A stretch of DNA of 60,980 bases, counting the filler. It is 7 parts of 7 records of this genome, joined end to end, with 100 filler letters (N's around TTAATTAATTAA, not from the genome) between each part and the next. Parts side by side here need not be neighbours in the genome. Positions count along the whole stretch, not along the records: positions 25,313 to 34,222 come from SRR2962707_4302; positions 34,323 to 44,562 come from SRR2962707_4304; 5 more parts are not named here. One strand, given 5' to 3'. The notes under the pieces were generated by a model that was not told the DNA's origin, searched no databases, and saw only the letters and a list, made by a program, of their open reading frames with translations. Position 1 is the stretch's first letter, and every line of letters begins with the position of its first letter. Below are positions 30,230-41,821 of the stretch, one piece after another. Position numbers and translations under genes: made by a program.

Positions 30230-31191
30230 GCCATCCCTTCGACCACCTGACCCCGGATCTCATGCTGGACGCCCTGGACGGCGTCGGCTTTCTCACCGAC
30301 GGCCGCTTGCTGGCGCTCAACAGCTTCGAAAACCGGGTTTATCAGATCGGTCAGGAAGAAGGACCGCCGGTGATCGTCAAGTTCTACCGCCCTCAGCGCT
30401 GGAGTGACGAACAAATCCTGGAGGAGCACCGTTTCAGCCTCTTTCTGGTGGAACGGGACTTGCCGGTAGTGGCGCCCTTGCAACGGGACGGCCGCACTTT
30501 GTTCGAGCATGGCGGCTTCCGCTTCGCCGTCTTTCCCCGCGCTGGCGGTCATGCGCCGGAGTTGGCCAATGATGCTCATCTCGAGCAACTGGGGCGGACC
30601 CTGGCGCGCTGGCACGCGTGCGGGAACGACCGTCCCTACCGGCGCCGCCCCACCCTGGATGTGATCGCCGACATCGAAAAAGCCGCCGCCCAACTTACCG
30701 AGGAAGTGGTGGATCTGAACTACCGGGGCCAATACCGGGACCTGACCGCTGCTCTGGTATCACGGCTGCGAACCCACCTGGCGGGTCGAGACTTTCCCCT
30801 GCTCAACGTTCATGGCGACTGCCACGGCGGCAACATTCTTTGGCGCGAATACGGAGAAACCGGGGGCGGCCCTCACTTCGTCGACCTGGACGACAGCGTG
30901 CGGGCGCCCGCCATGCAGGACCTGTGGATGCTGCTTTCCGGTGAACAGGAAGAACAGCGCCATCAACTGCAGGTCGTGGCCCGTGGCTATGAGCTGTTTC
31001 TGCCCTTCCCCTGGGATCAGAGCGTGCTGATCGAACCGCTGCGCATTCGCCGCATGATCTGCCATGACGCCTGGCTGGCCCAACGCTGGGACGATCCGGC
31101 CTTCCCTCCCGCCTTTCCCTGGTTCGACAGCCCGCGCTATTGGCAGGACCGGGTCACCACCATGGCGGAGCAGGTTCAGCGGCTGTCATAA
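30226..31191 (+). CDS. srkA: Stress response kinase A (RdoA/YihE)
   Basis: LNSFENRVY, KFYRPQRW, HGDCHGGN, FVDLDD and RWDDPAFP motifs. Confidence 0.93.
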   Translation: MSHPFDHLTPDLMLDALDGVGFLTDGRLLALNSFENRVYQIGQEEGPPVIVKFYRPQRWSDEQILEEHRFSLFLVERDLPVVAPLQRDGRTLFEHGGFRFAVFPRAGGHAPELANDAHLEQLGRTLARWHACGNDRPYRRRPTLDVIADIEKAAAQLTEEVVDLNYRGQYRDLTAALVSRLRTHLAGRDFPLLNVHGDCHGGNILWREYGETGGGPHFVDLDDSVRAPAMQDLWMLLSGEQEEQRHQLQVVARGYELFLPFPWDQSVLIEPLRIRRMICHDAWLAQRWDDPAFPPAFPWFDSPRYWQDRVTTMAEQVQRLS

Positions 31192-31908
31192 CCTGACAGG
31201 CAAAGGGGTCTCCAGCCGATTCTCGAACTCGGTCATCGCGGTTTTCCAGGCCAATACTTCCACGCCTTTGTCCACCGCCTCTCGCAACAGCTCGCCGTAG
31301 CGGGCGTCAATTTCGTCCGCCGGGCGCACCGCCACCGCGCCGGAATGCTGTGCGCAGAAGAACAGCACCGCCCGCTTGCCCGAAGCCGCCACCGACATCA
31401 GTGTCCGCAAATGCTTCTGGCCGCGTTCGGTGATTGAATCCGGAAAGGCGATGACGCCATCGTCGGGATCGTCGGGGCCAGGCCCCAGAGTGACGTTCTT
31501 CACTTCAATGAAAGTATGAGGCGCGGCGCGGTCACCCAGGGCCAGGTCGAAACGGCTGTCACCGAAGGTGATCTCGCGTAACACCCCGGCGCCCGGTTCC
31601 AGCTCCCGCACCCGCCCTTCCGCGATGGCTTCCGCCACCAGTGTATTGGGGCGGCCGGTATTGACCCCGGCCCAATGGCCGTGGGCCACCTGCACCGCTT
31701 CCAGTGTGTGGCGATACTTGCGCTTGTCGTTGCCGCTGTCGGAGATCAGAGCCGCCTGTTCCCGGCCCGGCAACACGCAATGCTTCATGGAACCGGTGTT
31801 GGGGCAATGCACGGTGATCTCGCTGCCATCGGCCCGACGCACATCGGCCAGGAAGCGCTTGTAGCGGCGCAACAGGGTGACCGCCTGCATGGGAGGATCA
31901 AACTTCAT
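31186..31908 (-). CDS. sfsA: DNA/RNA nuclease SfsA
   Basis: RRYKRFLADV, HCPNTGSM, SRFD, IEVK and FPDSITERGQKH motifs. Confidence 0.95.
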   Translation of the reverse strand: MKFDPPMQAVTLLRRYKRFLADVRRADGSEITVHCPNTGSMKHCVLPGREQAALISDSGNDKRKYRHTLEAVQVAHGHWAGVNTGRPNTLVAEAIAEGRVRELEPGAGVLREITFGDSRFDLALGDRAAPHTFIEVKNVTLGPGPDDPDDGVIAFPDSITERGQKHLRTLMSVAASGKRAVLFFCAQHSGAVAVRPADEIDARYGELLREAVDKGVEVLAWKTAMTEFENRLETPLPVRL

Positions 31909-33080
31909 TGCCTCTCCAGGAAGCGGGCCAGACGCTCCAGCGCCTGATGCAAGCGCTCCTCGTCGCAGGTGTAGGCGAGACGAATGTAACGCTCGGGCAG
32001 GTGAGCCTCACCAAAATCCAGCCCGGGGGTTACCGCCACACCGGCTTCTTCCAGCAAGCGCCGGCAAAGTTCGAAGCTGTCCCGGGTGTGGGCGCTGACA
32101 TCCACGTAGATATAGAAAGCACCTTCGCTGTCACCGACCACCGGCAGCCCCATTCCCGGCAACGCCTCCAGTAACAAGGTACGGCGCCGGGCCAGCAACT
32201 GCCGGCGCTGCTCCGCGATAGCCAGAGTATCTTCGCTGAACGCCGCCATCGCCGCATGTTGTGCCACCGTGCCCGGAGCCAGAAACCAGTTTTGCGCCAG
32301 CCGCTCCACCGCCGGCACCGCCCCCGCCGGCGCCACCAGCCATCCCAGCCGCCAGCCGGTCATGCCGAAATATTTGCTGAAGCTGTTGATGACCCAGGCG
32401 GCGTCGCCATGCGCCAATACGGTTTCCGCTTCGGCGCCGTAGCAGAGCCCCTGGTAAATTTCATCAACGATCAAAGTGCCCTGCCGCTCCCGACACCACC
32501 GCGCCCAGTCATTCAGTTCTCCGGCCGGGATACGATTACCGGTGGGATTGTCCGGGCTGGCCACAAGGGCGACGCGGGTCGTTTCACCCCACGCGGAGCG
32601 CAGTATGTCACCGCTGGGACGAAACCCCGTCGATGCCTGTAACGGCATGGGCTGCGGTACACCGCCAAACATACGAACGAACTGGCGGTTACAGGGGTAC
32701 CCCGGATCGCACAACAACACACCGTCGCCAGGGTCCAGCAATGCCCCCAGAGCCAGTTGCAAGGCACCGGAGGCCCCCGGTGTGACCACGATCCTGGCCG
32801 GATCCACCTGCGCACCGAAGCGGTCGCGGTAATCCGCGGCGATGATCTCACGCAATGCCGGCAACCCCGCCGCGGGAGTGTACCGGGTCTGCCCCAGATC
32901 CAGGGCGTGGCGGGCCGCCGCCATCACCGGCGACGGGCAAGGAAAGTCGGGCTCCCCCACCTCCAGATGGATGATATCCCGGCCCTGGGCCGCCAGTTGT
33001 TGGGCCCGCTCCAGCAACGCCATCACGTGAAAAGGCGGAACGGTGTTGGCAAGGCGGGAAATTCTTTGCGAATCAGTCAA
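31905..33080 (-). CDS. Class I/II PLP-dependent aminotransferase
   Basis: EVGEPDF, SPDNPTG, DEIY and SFSKYFGMTGWRLG motifs. Confidence 0.93.
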   Translation of the reverse strand: MTDSQRISRLANTVPPFHVMALLERAQQLAAQGRDIIHLEVGEPDFPCPSPVMAAARHALDLGQTRYTPAAGLPALREIIAADYRDRFGAQVDPARIVVTPGASGALQLALGALLDPGDGVLLCDPGYPCNRQFVRMFGGVPQPMPLQASTGFRPSGDILRSAWGETTRVALVASPDNPTGNRIPAGELNDWARWCRERQGTLIVDEIYQGLCYGAEAETVLAHGDAAWVINSFSKYFGMTGWRLGWLVAPAGAVPAVERLAQNWFLAPGTVAQHAAMAAFSEDTLAIAEQRRQLLARRRTLLLEALPGMGLPVVGDSEGAFYIYVDVSAHTRDSFELCRRLLEEAGVAVTPGLDFGEAHLPERYIRLAYTCDEERLHQALERLARFLERQ

Positions 33081-33332
33081 GAAAAACCCCTTTTCTGTCG
33101 CTATGTTGTGGCTATAATCCCGTGGTTTCGTGGCGTCAAGAAACGCCGCCGGGCGAGGGAAAGCCCACCGGGTTGACTGCCATCGCCAACAGTGGCATGG
33201 CAGGCAGTAACGCGGTAAGGTCGAAGATTACACTATTGACGGGCTCCGGTTGGGCGGGGCCCTGTTCAGGGAACGCTCAGGGAACTGGGCTCCGAATAGC
33301 GAGTCGTGACTATGTTAAGGGAGTTGATCAAA

Positions 33333-34222
33333 ATGGCCACCGGGAAAAAAGCTAAAAAGAAAGCCATCGCCAAATCCAAGGCCGGTGCAGCCCGGACTTC
33401 CGCCGCCGGCAAGAAAGCCGCGGTGAAAAAAGCCGCCGCCGTCAAGAAGAAGGCTGTAGCTAAAAAGGCCGCTCCCAAGAAAGCGGCGGCCCAAGCCGCG
33501 GCGAAGAAGGTCACGACCACGAAAAAAGCCGTCAGCAAGCGCCCCGCCAGCGCAAAGACCACGGCCAAGGCGGCCCCTTCCGGCAGTGGCAAGAGCAAGG
33601 CCGCCAGCAAAAAGGCAGCGGTCAGCAAAGCCGCCAAGACCACCACCAAAGCAACGGCCACGAAAGCCAAACCGAAGACTCAGGCGGCCCGCAAATCAAC
33701 CCCGGGCCCCGCTTCCTCCACTCGCAGCAAACAGGTGAAAAGCACGCCCAAAAGCAAATCGAGCGCCACAACCACACCCCAATCCAAGGCTTCCGGCACC
33801 GCCAAGCGCGCAGCCAAGGCCAAGCCGGCTCCGGCCCAAGCGCCGGCCCGGAATACGACGACGTCATCGGGAACCGCCAGGAAGGCTCCCGGCAGCCAGG
33901 AGCGCAGGCCGTCCCGTTCCTCTTCTTCAGTTCAGGTGAAATCGACGGTGAAAAAACCCGCAACAGCCGCCGACAAAGCGGACAACCTTATTCATGGAGT
34001 CACTCCTTATGTCGCCAAAGAAGGCGAGGAGTACATGAACGACGCTCAGCGCGCCCATTTCCGTCAGGTTCTTCTGGCCTGGCGCCAGGAGTTGATGGAA
34101 GAAGCGGATCGCACCATGCACCACCTTCAGGACGAGGTGGCCAATCTGCCCGATCCCGCCGACCGGGCAACCCAGGAGGAAGAATTCGCATTGGAACTGC
34201 GCACCCGCGACCGCGAGCGCAA
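33333..34222 (+). CDS. dksA: DksA with long Lys/Ala-rich N-terminal extension, 3'-partial
   Basis: EEYMN...HF...PDPADRATQEEEFALELRTRDRER; conserved sfsA-aminotransferase-dksA context; AAGGGAG SD. Confidence 0.93.
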
Positions 34223-34322
34223 NNNNNNNNNNNNNNNNNNNNNNNNNNNNNNNNNNNNNNNNNNNNTTAATTAATTAANNNNNNNNNNNNNNNNNNNNNN
34301 NNNNNNNNNNNNNNNNNNNNNN
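34223..34322. other. Artificial contig spacer
   Basis: N44-TTAATTAATTAA-N44. Confidence 0.99.
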
Positions 34323-34657
34323 GGGGCTCGTAGACTGCCGCCGCAGGGGCTGACGAGTTGCTCCACGCTGTTCCTGTGGAAACATGCAGGACAAAGCTGC
34401 TGAAGCGGGCCAAAGGCATCAAGCGGGACTGCATGCGTGAAGTGGTTTCTGTTTTTTTTTCTTTGGCTTTTGTGGCGTGGGTGTGGTTCGTTGCCAGAGT
34501 TGACCTCCTGCCGGGATTGTGCGCCTGTGGTTGTCCGTGTCCTGGAAAGGTGAAAAGCAAAGACGAAATAATCGGATCTTGGATCTGCATGCCGGGCGGA
34601 ACCCTGGCGCCCTCTGGGGCTGCACAGCCACCACCACACCCGTGAGGCAAAACAAAA

Positions 34658-37600
34658 ATGACGGACGGCCGAGAGGGCGACGCAACAGTCCGTGCTTTGT
34701 CGTCTCGATTTTTTACCGTTGCGTCGTGTGCCGTGTCCAATAGCAGCAGCAGCAACAACGACTCGGATGCCCCCAAATCTCCCGGCGAAGCTCCACCGCA
34801 CCACGGGGGTGCTGGGAACCTCACGCTTTCCACTGCTCTCGCAGGGGAAAGGCCCAGCTCGAGAGCTGTTCTGCCGCCAGCTTCGAACTCGCAGCACGCT
34901 GCAAAGTTGCGAAAAGTGATTCCGGTCCTTGACCGGCAGCACGGTGGGAGCGACCGCCTGGAAACCAGGTTCTGGGTGCCTTCCCATAGAGACAGCTTGA
35001 TTCAGCTGCCTGGATCGTACCAGCACGAGCGCGTGCAGTACAGAAGCGACAAAATGATTGCGAGAGTTAAAATTGTGGAAGTGTTTGAGTCCGCGAAGCA
35101 GGCTGGACAAATCCCTTCGAAGCTCATCGTGCGTATCATGTGATGCTACTTGGTAGCGTAACCACCTGTGTTTTGCGCCCGTGCCGCTGAAATCTGTGTT
35201 TTGAATGCCCTTGCAGGCGGACACGCTGGCAGAGGGGTTTCGTGACTTGGAGAACGAAATCACCAAGGTGGCTAAGGTGGGCCTTCCTGCTCTGCTTGGG
35301 TGTTTGGAAGCCATATTCGACTGCAACCATTCCTCAGTGAGTACATCGGCGAGCCCACATCGGGGCGGGCGGGGAAGCCTACGCACGTCACTCTCCCCGT
35401 CACGTCGCCATCGCCGCCACCATCACCACAAGAGCGTTCAGTTTCTTTCCACAACCACCGCTGCGGAAGTCTTGTTAGACCGGCAAGAAGCTACTTCACC
35501 ACGGGTGTCCACCTACTTGGCTGCTGCGATAGACACGTCAAATGCCAGCGTGCACATCGACTCAAAGGAGAGCCATGAGCCAAGAAGTTTGTCGAAGTTG
35601 CCTACAATCCATGGTTCCTCACACCGAAGCAAGAGTGCATCCCCACGCCGCAATTCGCATCGATATGCAAGAAGCTTACCCCACAAGCACCACCCAGGTA
35701 GCGGGGTTCGAAGTAGCATCAGCCGTCGTCCCGCAACCGCTTCAGCCTTGTCAACGGGTGATATCAAGCCCATGTCTCCAACGACGCTGTTCTCCCTCAC
35801 AGTAGAGAAATTAGCAGCACGAGAGTCCAAAAATACGGAAAGGCATGTCCGTACAGGGCATGATTGTCTGCCAGTGCGAGAGCGACCCGCCACGACCGGT
35901 ACAACCAGGCAAACGGTATGTGTGAAGCAACCTCTTCCACAATTCGTCGACTCTTCCGTTATTGATGGCCAGAATACGGATGCCCATCCACCCACCAGCA
36001 ACAACTCAGCAGACATTTCGCTGCCTTCGGTTGAGTCGCGGGCCCAGACCAGGCTGTTTCGGGGGTTTAGCAGTCCTGATCTCATCCGGACTTCAGTATC
36101 CACTGTCACGATTAGGCCCCATCCGCACGGTGCTTTCGCTTCTGATAGTGAAGCGCAGAATGTCTCTTCTAGCGATCGCACACGAGCTGCCAAATTTCAG
36201 AGGCGAGCTGTGAGGCTTCGGTGGCGTATTTATTCCAATCATCAGGCTTTCTTTGATATCAAACGTATGGCTTCGCTGGAATTAGACAAGGGTACTTCAA
36301 TGTCACCCTGGGTTGTTGCAAAACAGGCGTCCATGATCCAGGTGTGAGCTGCTGTTGCAAATTTGCATTTTTACAGGTTCTCAGGAACACATTAAGAAGA
36401 AGCGACTTCTAATCTCTCGCCTGTGTGCTGTTTCACGTTTTCAGAGCCGCCAAAGAGAGCAGAGAGCTGTACTAGTCTGCATGCGTGCGTGGTCCACAGA
36501 TCTCCAAATGTCGTGTTTCAGACGCCTGCGCTCTCACGCAGCCCGAGCACGGTCTCTCGCCCGACTTTCAACATTTATTGGGCACAAACGCAAAGGGCAC
36601 AATGCACCGAGGCGATACTACTTCGAACGTTGGGTCGGTCTGCATGATTGCCATGATGCTAATTGCAGACGCTGTGCTTTGCTGTGGTGGTCATGGCTAT
36701 GTTGCGTGTGAAATTTCTCAGCGAAGCATCAATTTCTGTGACTTCCCTGCACCGGTACGTTGCTCGAAACGTGCACCATAGGTCCGCAACCACGTCCTCA
36801 GTCGACGCGCTCGCCATGCTAAGGACCAAGAATTACGTGCAGAAGCAATTCAGGCTAAACGCCGAGCAATTGAAGCATCAAAAGCAAAGATTGCAAATCT
36901 ACAAAAACAGTGTGAATTTGCCCGAGCAAACGAGGAGCAAGTGGAAGGACTGTACGTGTTTAGAGTTTTTGTGTCTGATACTTTAGTCGCGCCTCACATT
37001 CGCTGGTGCTGTTGGTGTCGGTGATGACATGTTCCGCAGTCATGCCGCTGTGCATTGCCTCACAATATGCAACGCGGACCGTGGGCTGGTACTCTAATAT
37101 ATGCAGGGTAGAGCAGAAAGTTGAAGAGCTTCAGGATCCAACCAGCATCCAGAACTTCAGTACAAGTGTGGCAACCATATTGATGCAGTCCCTAAATTCG
37201 TTTCTAGATATTTTGGTGAGTTCTGCAACACGACCCCAGTCACAGCAAACTCCGAAACTGCTGGAAAACGGTTTAGTGATTTTTTGTCTTGTTCTGGGCG
37301 CAATGTGTAGGCGCACGCCGTCGACGACCAATTACGGCCAGCTCTCGGGGCACGCGAAAAGCAGTACGCCAGCTTTGCCAACTTCAGTACAACAAACCTC
37401 TTTACCAAGCAGTACTTGGATGAGGGCGTAGCGTTGGACCGAGAGATACTGCGTGTTGCCTACAACTACGACATTGAAGCCCATCCATTTGCGGGGTCAT
37501 CTTCCCCAGCAACTGCTCGCACCCGATCAATACCGTCCCAACATCAACAACAGCCACCACAGCAGCTGAGTCGGTCGCAAACTCGAACAGCCTTGGTAGC

Positions 37601-40600
37601 ATGGGGGCAGAGGGGAATGCCAGTTCAGTCAACGGCACTTTCAGCGCGACGGCAACACTCAAAGCACTCATCTGATTCGAAGAGGCATGGTGAAGATGGT
37701 TATGGAGACAATGACAACACCACTATTTTCGCTGATCCGTGGCACCACGATTTGGGACAAAAGTTGATGATGTGGATGAATTATCGTGTGTCAGTAGACC
37801 CCCGACGTGTTGCGAAAGGCCAGACCCATATTACCACCGGGAGTGGCAAAGAGCATCACGAGCATCTTGGCTTGGAACCAGAACTCACCGTGTCGACAGA
37901 GTGGCTGCACGCGCACCCTTCGGAGCTTGACGACTGGCATCTGCATGACCGCGTGGTCAATGCATCTTTGCCAGTGTCTATGTTGCAATGGCCCCGGTTT
38001 GAAGAACGGCAAGACAGTCGGTACCGCTGCCGACGGATCATAAAGCAAGGCTCCAAGCCTCGTAACGCGATCGGCAGTTTTATGATGTACTTTGATCCGT
38101 CCCAAGGTGCAAATCTGAGTGGAGATCGTGATTTGCCAGAAGGCGATTCCAGTTCCATCGCGACTGCTCGCCGCTTGGCTCATCAAGTGCTTTCGACTCG
38201 GTGCTCCCACAGCAACAGCAAGGCTGAAGCTGCAGCGGTTGCTGCAGTCACGCTCCCTAGCAACGAAAATGAACCTGCTCCTAAGCAAGTCACCCAGTCT
38301 TCACAACCATCTATGATGCCACCCCTTTTGTTCCAAAATGACCGCAACACCATTTTTCGAATTCAGCCAGAAACTCTTGCACGGCGTCTGCACTTTGCAT
38401 TTTTTGCACAACTCATGACTGAGTATCCCCGACTACAGATGACCGATGCGGATCGTGCTCACCATGATAAGGATTTTGCTGGACTGGCAACTGTACGTGC
38501 TCTGTCTAAACTGCGAACCGCTTCAATATCAACCCACAAGGAACGCATGCTTGGTGTACCCCCTAACTGAAAACTCACTGAAAATATTTTGGTTGTTCTG
38601 GTTTACACTTGGCAGGCCATTGAAGCGTCAGCTGCACTGCGTGCTCAAGTGCGGCGCCTGAGTCACAACAATCCGAGTCTTGCTGTAAGCATCAAGCGTG
38701 GAATCAAAGATTTGGTGTTTGCAACACGTGGTGCTGTCGCCCGGTAAGTTGAAGTTGCGGTATGGCAGTGCTGAAAAATGAATGTTGGCCGTTCGACTTT
38801 TCCGTAAAATGTTGCATTGTGCTGTGTTGTTGCTCCTCAGTTATCTTCAATTGATACGCGAGCATATGGAATGGACCCGCTATCTGGCCGACGTCGCAGG
38901 GCTGTGTTGGAACTACCTGAATCCGTTGATCCTCTGCGATCAGGTGAATGAGTCAGAACTTGACTTTGCAGAGCTTGTGTCCGCCGCTGACCACGATGTC
39001 CGGGCACCCGACAACGGAACAACGAAGGAAATTGCCAAAGGCAAACTTACGAATGTCCCTGCTGTTACTTCCGCTGCCACTGCAATCCCAAAATCAGTGC
39101 GAATCGCCACGACCAGCAAATCTCCAGCTTCACAAGGATCAAGTGTTGGCTTCGAGAATGACAGGAGTGAAACGGCTGATTGCATTGACCTCGACACAGA
39201 TAGTGGCAAACGCCGCACTACTGTGTACCATTCACCAGAAATGATTGAGGATGAGTTTGAGCACTTGGCTCGTGCGCTAGCTCAGGGTGCCTCTGCTGCA
39301 GTGCACCCAGAAGTAATCGTATCCTTTTCTCGGTTCTGTGTCATGCGAACCTCCCTCAAAGCAACTTGTCATTCTGACGCAGTTTGTCCCACCGAGCAGG
39401 AACTGCGATGGGAATACTGTTTGGTCTGCAGTGTTTTACACAAGTACGTTCATGCACGAACAGAGGGGTTCAGCAAATGTCCATGGAGGCAGCGTCGGCT
39501 GTGTTTCGCCTAAACCAATCACTTGGTTGTCTTGCACCTGCACAACTAGGTTTTATCCTTTGCTTCGAGATGTTTTTGCTTTTTTTGCCTCGACGTCAGA
39601 AATGGGCGGATACAACAGCGCCTGGGCGGTGGACCTCCCAAGATTCAAGAAGTTTCTCATGCAAAACCGCATCCTTCTTTCTGTCGCGGAATTGCTGTCA
39701 AAACCCTTGCATCCCGACGAAAATGCGACGGGGGGTCACACCGCAGAACATGACCAGGGTCTAACGAAAGACAAAGGTTTGCGGAGATCATTCAGTGCCC
39801 GAAATCCGCTCGGGGGTATGTTTGATCGTGCATGCTTTTTGCACATGCCGACCTTGCTTAGCAATGTAAATGTCGTTCTTATCGTCTTGCAATGTCTTCT
39901 GCAACGATCTAACCACAGAACGAAAACGAGCCTGGAGCATTGGGACTATGCGTCGCGTCCCAGCCGCCCGAACGCATGCAGAATGGATATTTTTGGAAGC
40001 GGCGGGGTGAGCCTCACAGTTGTGTTTCTGTGGCCAAACTGCTCGCTTAATGTTCTGTTCAATGTCAAAACATAGTGAGTGATGTCCTGATGTTGGATTT
40101 GTTTGGCAGAGGAGCTTGGGTTGATGAGCAGCCCGGTGCTCCACGGCTTGCAACTCACGTGCAATTAACTGAAAGTGAATTCTTTGGCACGCTTCCGCAC
40201 TTGGTATGGCCATTAATCTTGCCTCTGTCTCGTCCCGAGCTTATTAACTTTGTCCCGTCGGGCTGTTTAAGGTCTTGTGGACTTCTCGGATTTTTTGAAC
40301 GACACAGGCTATCCTTGCAACGAACACGTCGTCAGACTACCCGGTGCACCTTTGCCTGGAGAAGTTGATTCGAAGTCATATTCTGCATTGCTCCACGTAC
40401 GTCGGCCTGCCACAGTTTGTTTTATGCATTTATCCGTTCCACTCGCACTGTGCTGCGAGAGAACCCTTGGGTTTATCTGTGCACACGCGGTGGCTTATTG
40501 TCACGTGTTTTGTAGGAGACTTGGACTCGGCACAATCAACGACCAGGTTGCTTCCACGTACTCCATTCGCCATGTCATGCAGCAACATCACAAGATTCTT

Positions 40601-41699
40601 CATTCTATTTTTATGGCGTATGCGAAACACCACGCTCCCGGTGAAGGAGGTGCGTTGCAAGGACTGTGATTCCCTGCTGTGTCTCTTGATTGACTGTTGA
40701 TGAAGGCCCGCCCACATTCATTGGCGTGATTGCATACCGTCATCTCGTGGAACAGGTTTGTCTCCCCTCCCACTGTCAAGTCCATGGGAGTTGGAGTTTG
40801 GCAGCTTTCGCCGGCTTTTGGCGGACACTGATACGCTTGGATGGCAGTTGACACCTTATATGGCCAAAGTGCGAGTTTTGATATTTAACTATGAGCATTT
40901 GTTTTGTGTATTGGCCATAGCAGTGCCAATTGCTGATTGTTTTTGTGATTGTTGGTTTCTCTGGTGCATCGTTCGGCATTGACTCGAATTTCTTGCTGCT
41001 CAGGTGATATTTCACTGTTCGTCAAAAGCTATCGCAGCAGCAGAGGTGTTGACTTCTACTTTTGAAACTGAGGCCGCTGCACCACGCGTCAATTTCTATG
41101 GCGAAGACCTTGATAACCCAACTACGCCTGCTGTGGCGTTCGTTGATTCACCAACCATCAAGGGTGTTGGTAGTTCTGCATCAACGCAAAAATTCGCGAC
41201 AAGTACAAAGTTGGAGAATGAAGCCTTTGTCCTGGGCACGACATCGCGCACTGAAGTACGCCTAACATTTGCGACATTTCTCACAGCATTGCTCGCAATC
41301 GCGCACATTTTCTTTCCCAACCCTAGCCAAGCACGCTCATCCAAGCTAAGACTGTTTCTGCTGGGGAAACTGTAAGTTCTGCTTCAATGCCGGTCAAGCA
41401 ATGTGGCGAGCTCGCGTCATTTTGAGTGTGTCTCGGGCCTTGCACTTTGCAGGTACAAAGGAGCGCTTCGTGTCGAGAGGCACAGACGAGCAATTGTTCA
41501 CGGCTTGCAAGCCATTGGTTTGCTCGACATTTTCGAAACTACTCACGAGATTGATTCGATCCCAATTTCCCAAAGTTCTGGGCAGCATGGCGACAACAAC
41601 AATGCTAAACGTGGCAGAGAGCCATTTTTCACCGACAGTGACAGTGACGAGAGTGATGATTCGTATTTTTCTTCTCAGCGTGACCTTCACGAATCGTGA
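34658..41699 (+). CDS. Large multi-exon eukaryotic gene, hypothetical protein (low-complexity, coiled-coil and EF-hand-like segments)
   Basis: Phase-compatible GT-AG introns at 35129-35216, 36292-36376, 36634-36781, 36952-37106, 37216-37310, 38493-38615, 38744-38840 and 41372-41452. Exons between ~39300 and 41000 are not fully resolved. Confidence 0.65.
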
Positions 41700-41821
41700 C
41701 AGCCACTCGCGTGCTCATGAGTCAAGTGCTCGGTAAAGTAAATTGTAAATTAGTTGGTATGAAAGTTTTTCGCCGATCACCATAAGGGCATGCCTTGAGC
41801 GCGATGACAACAGTCTCGAAA

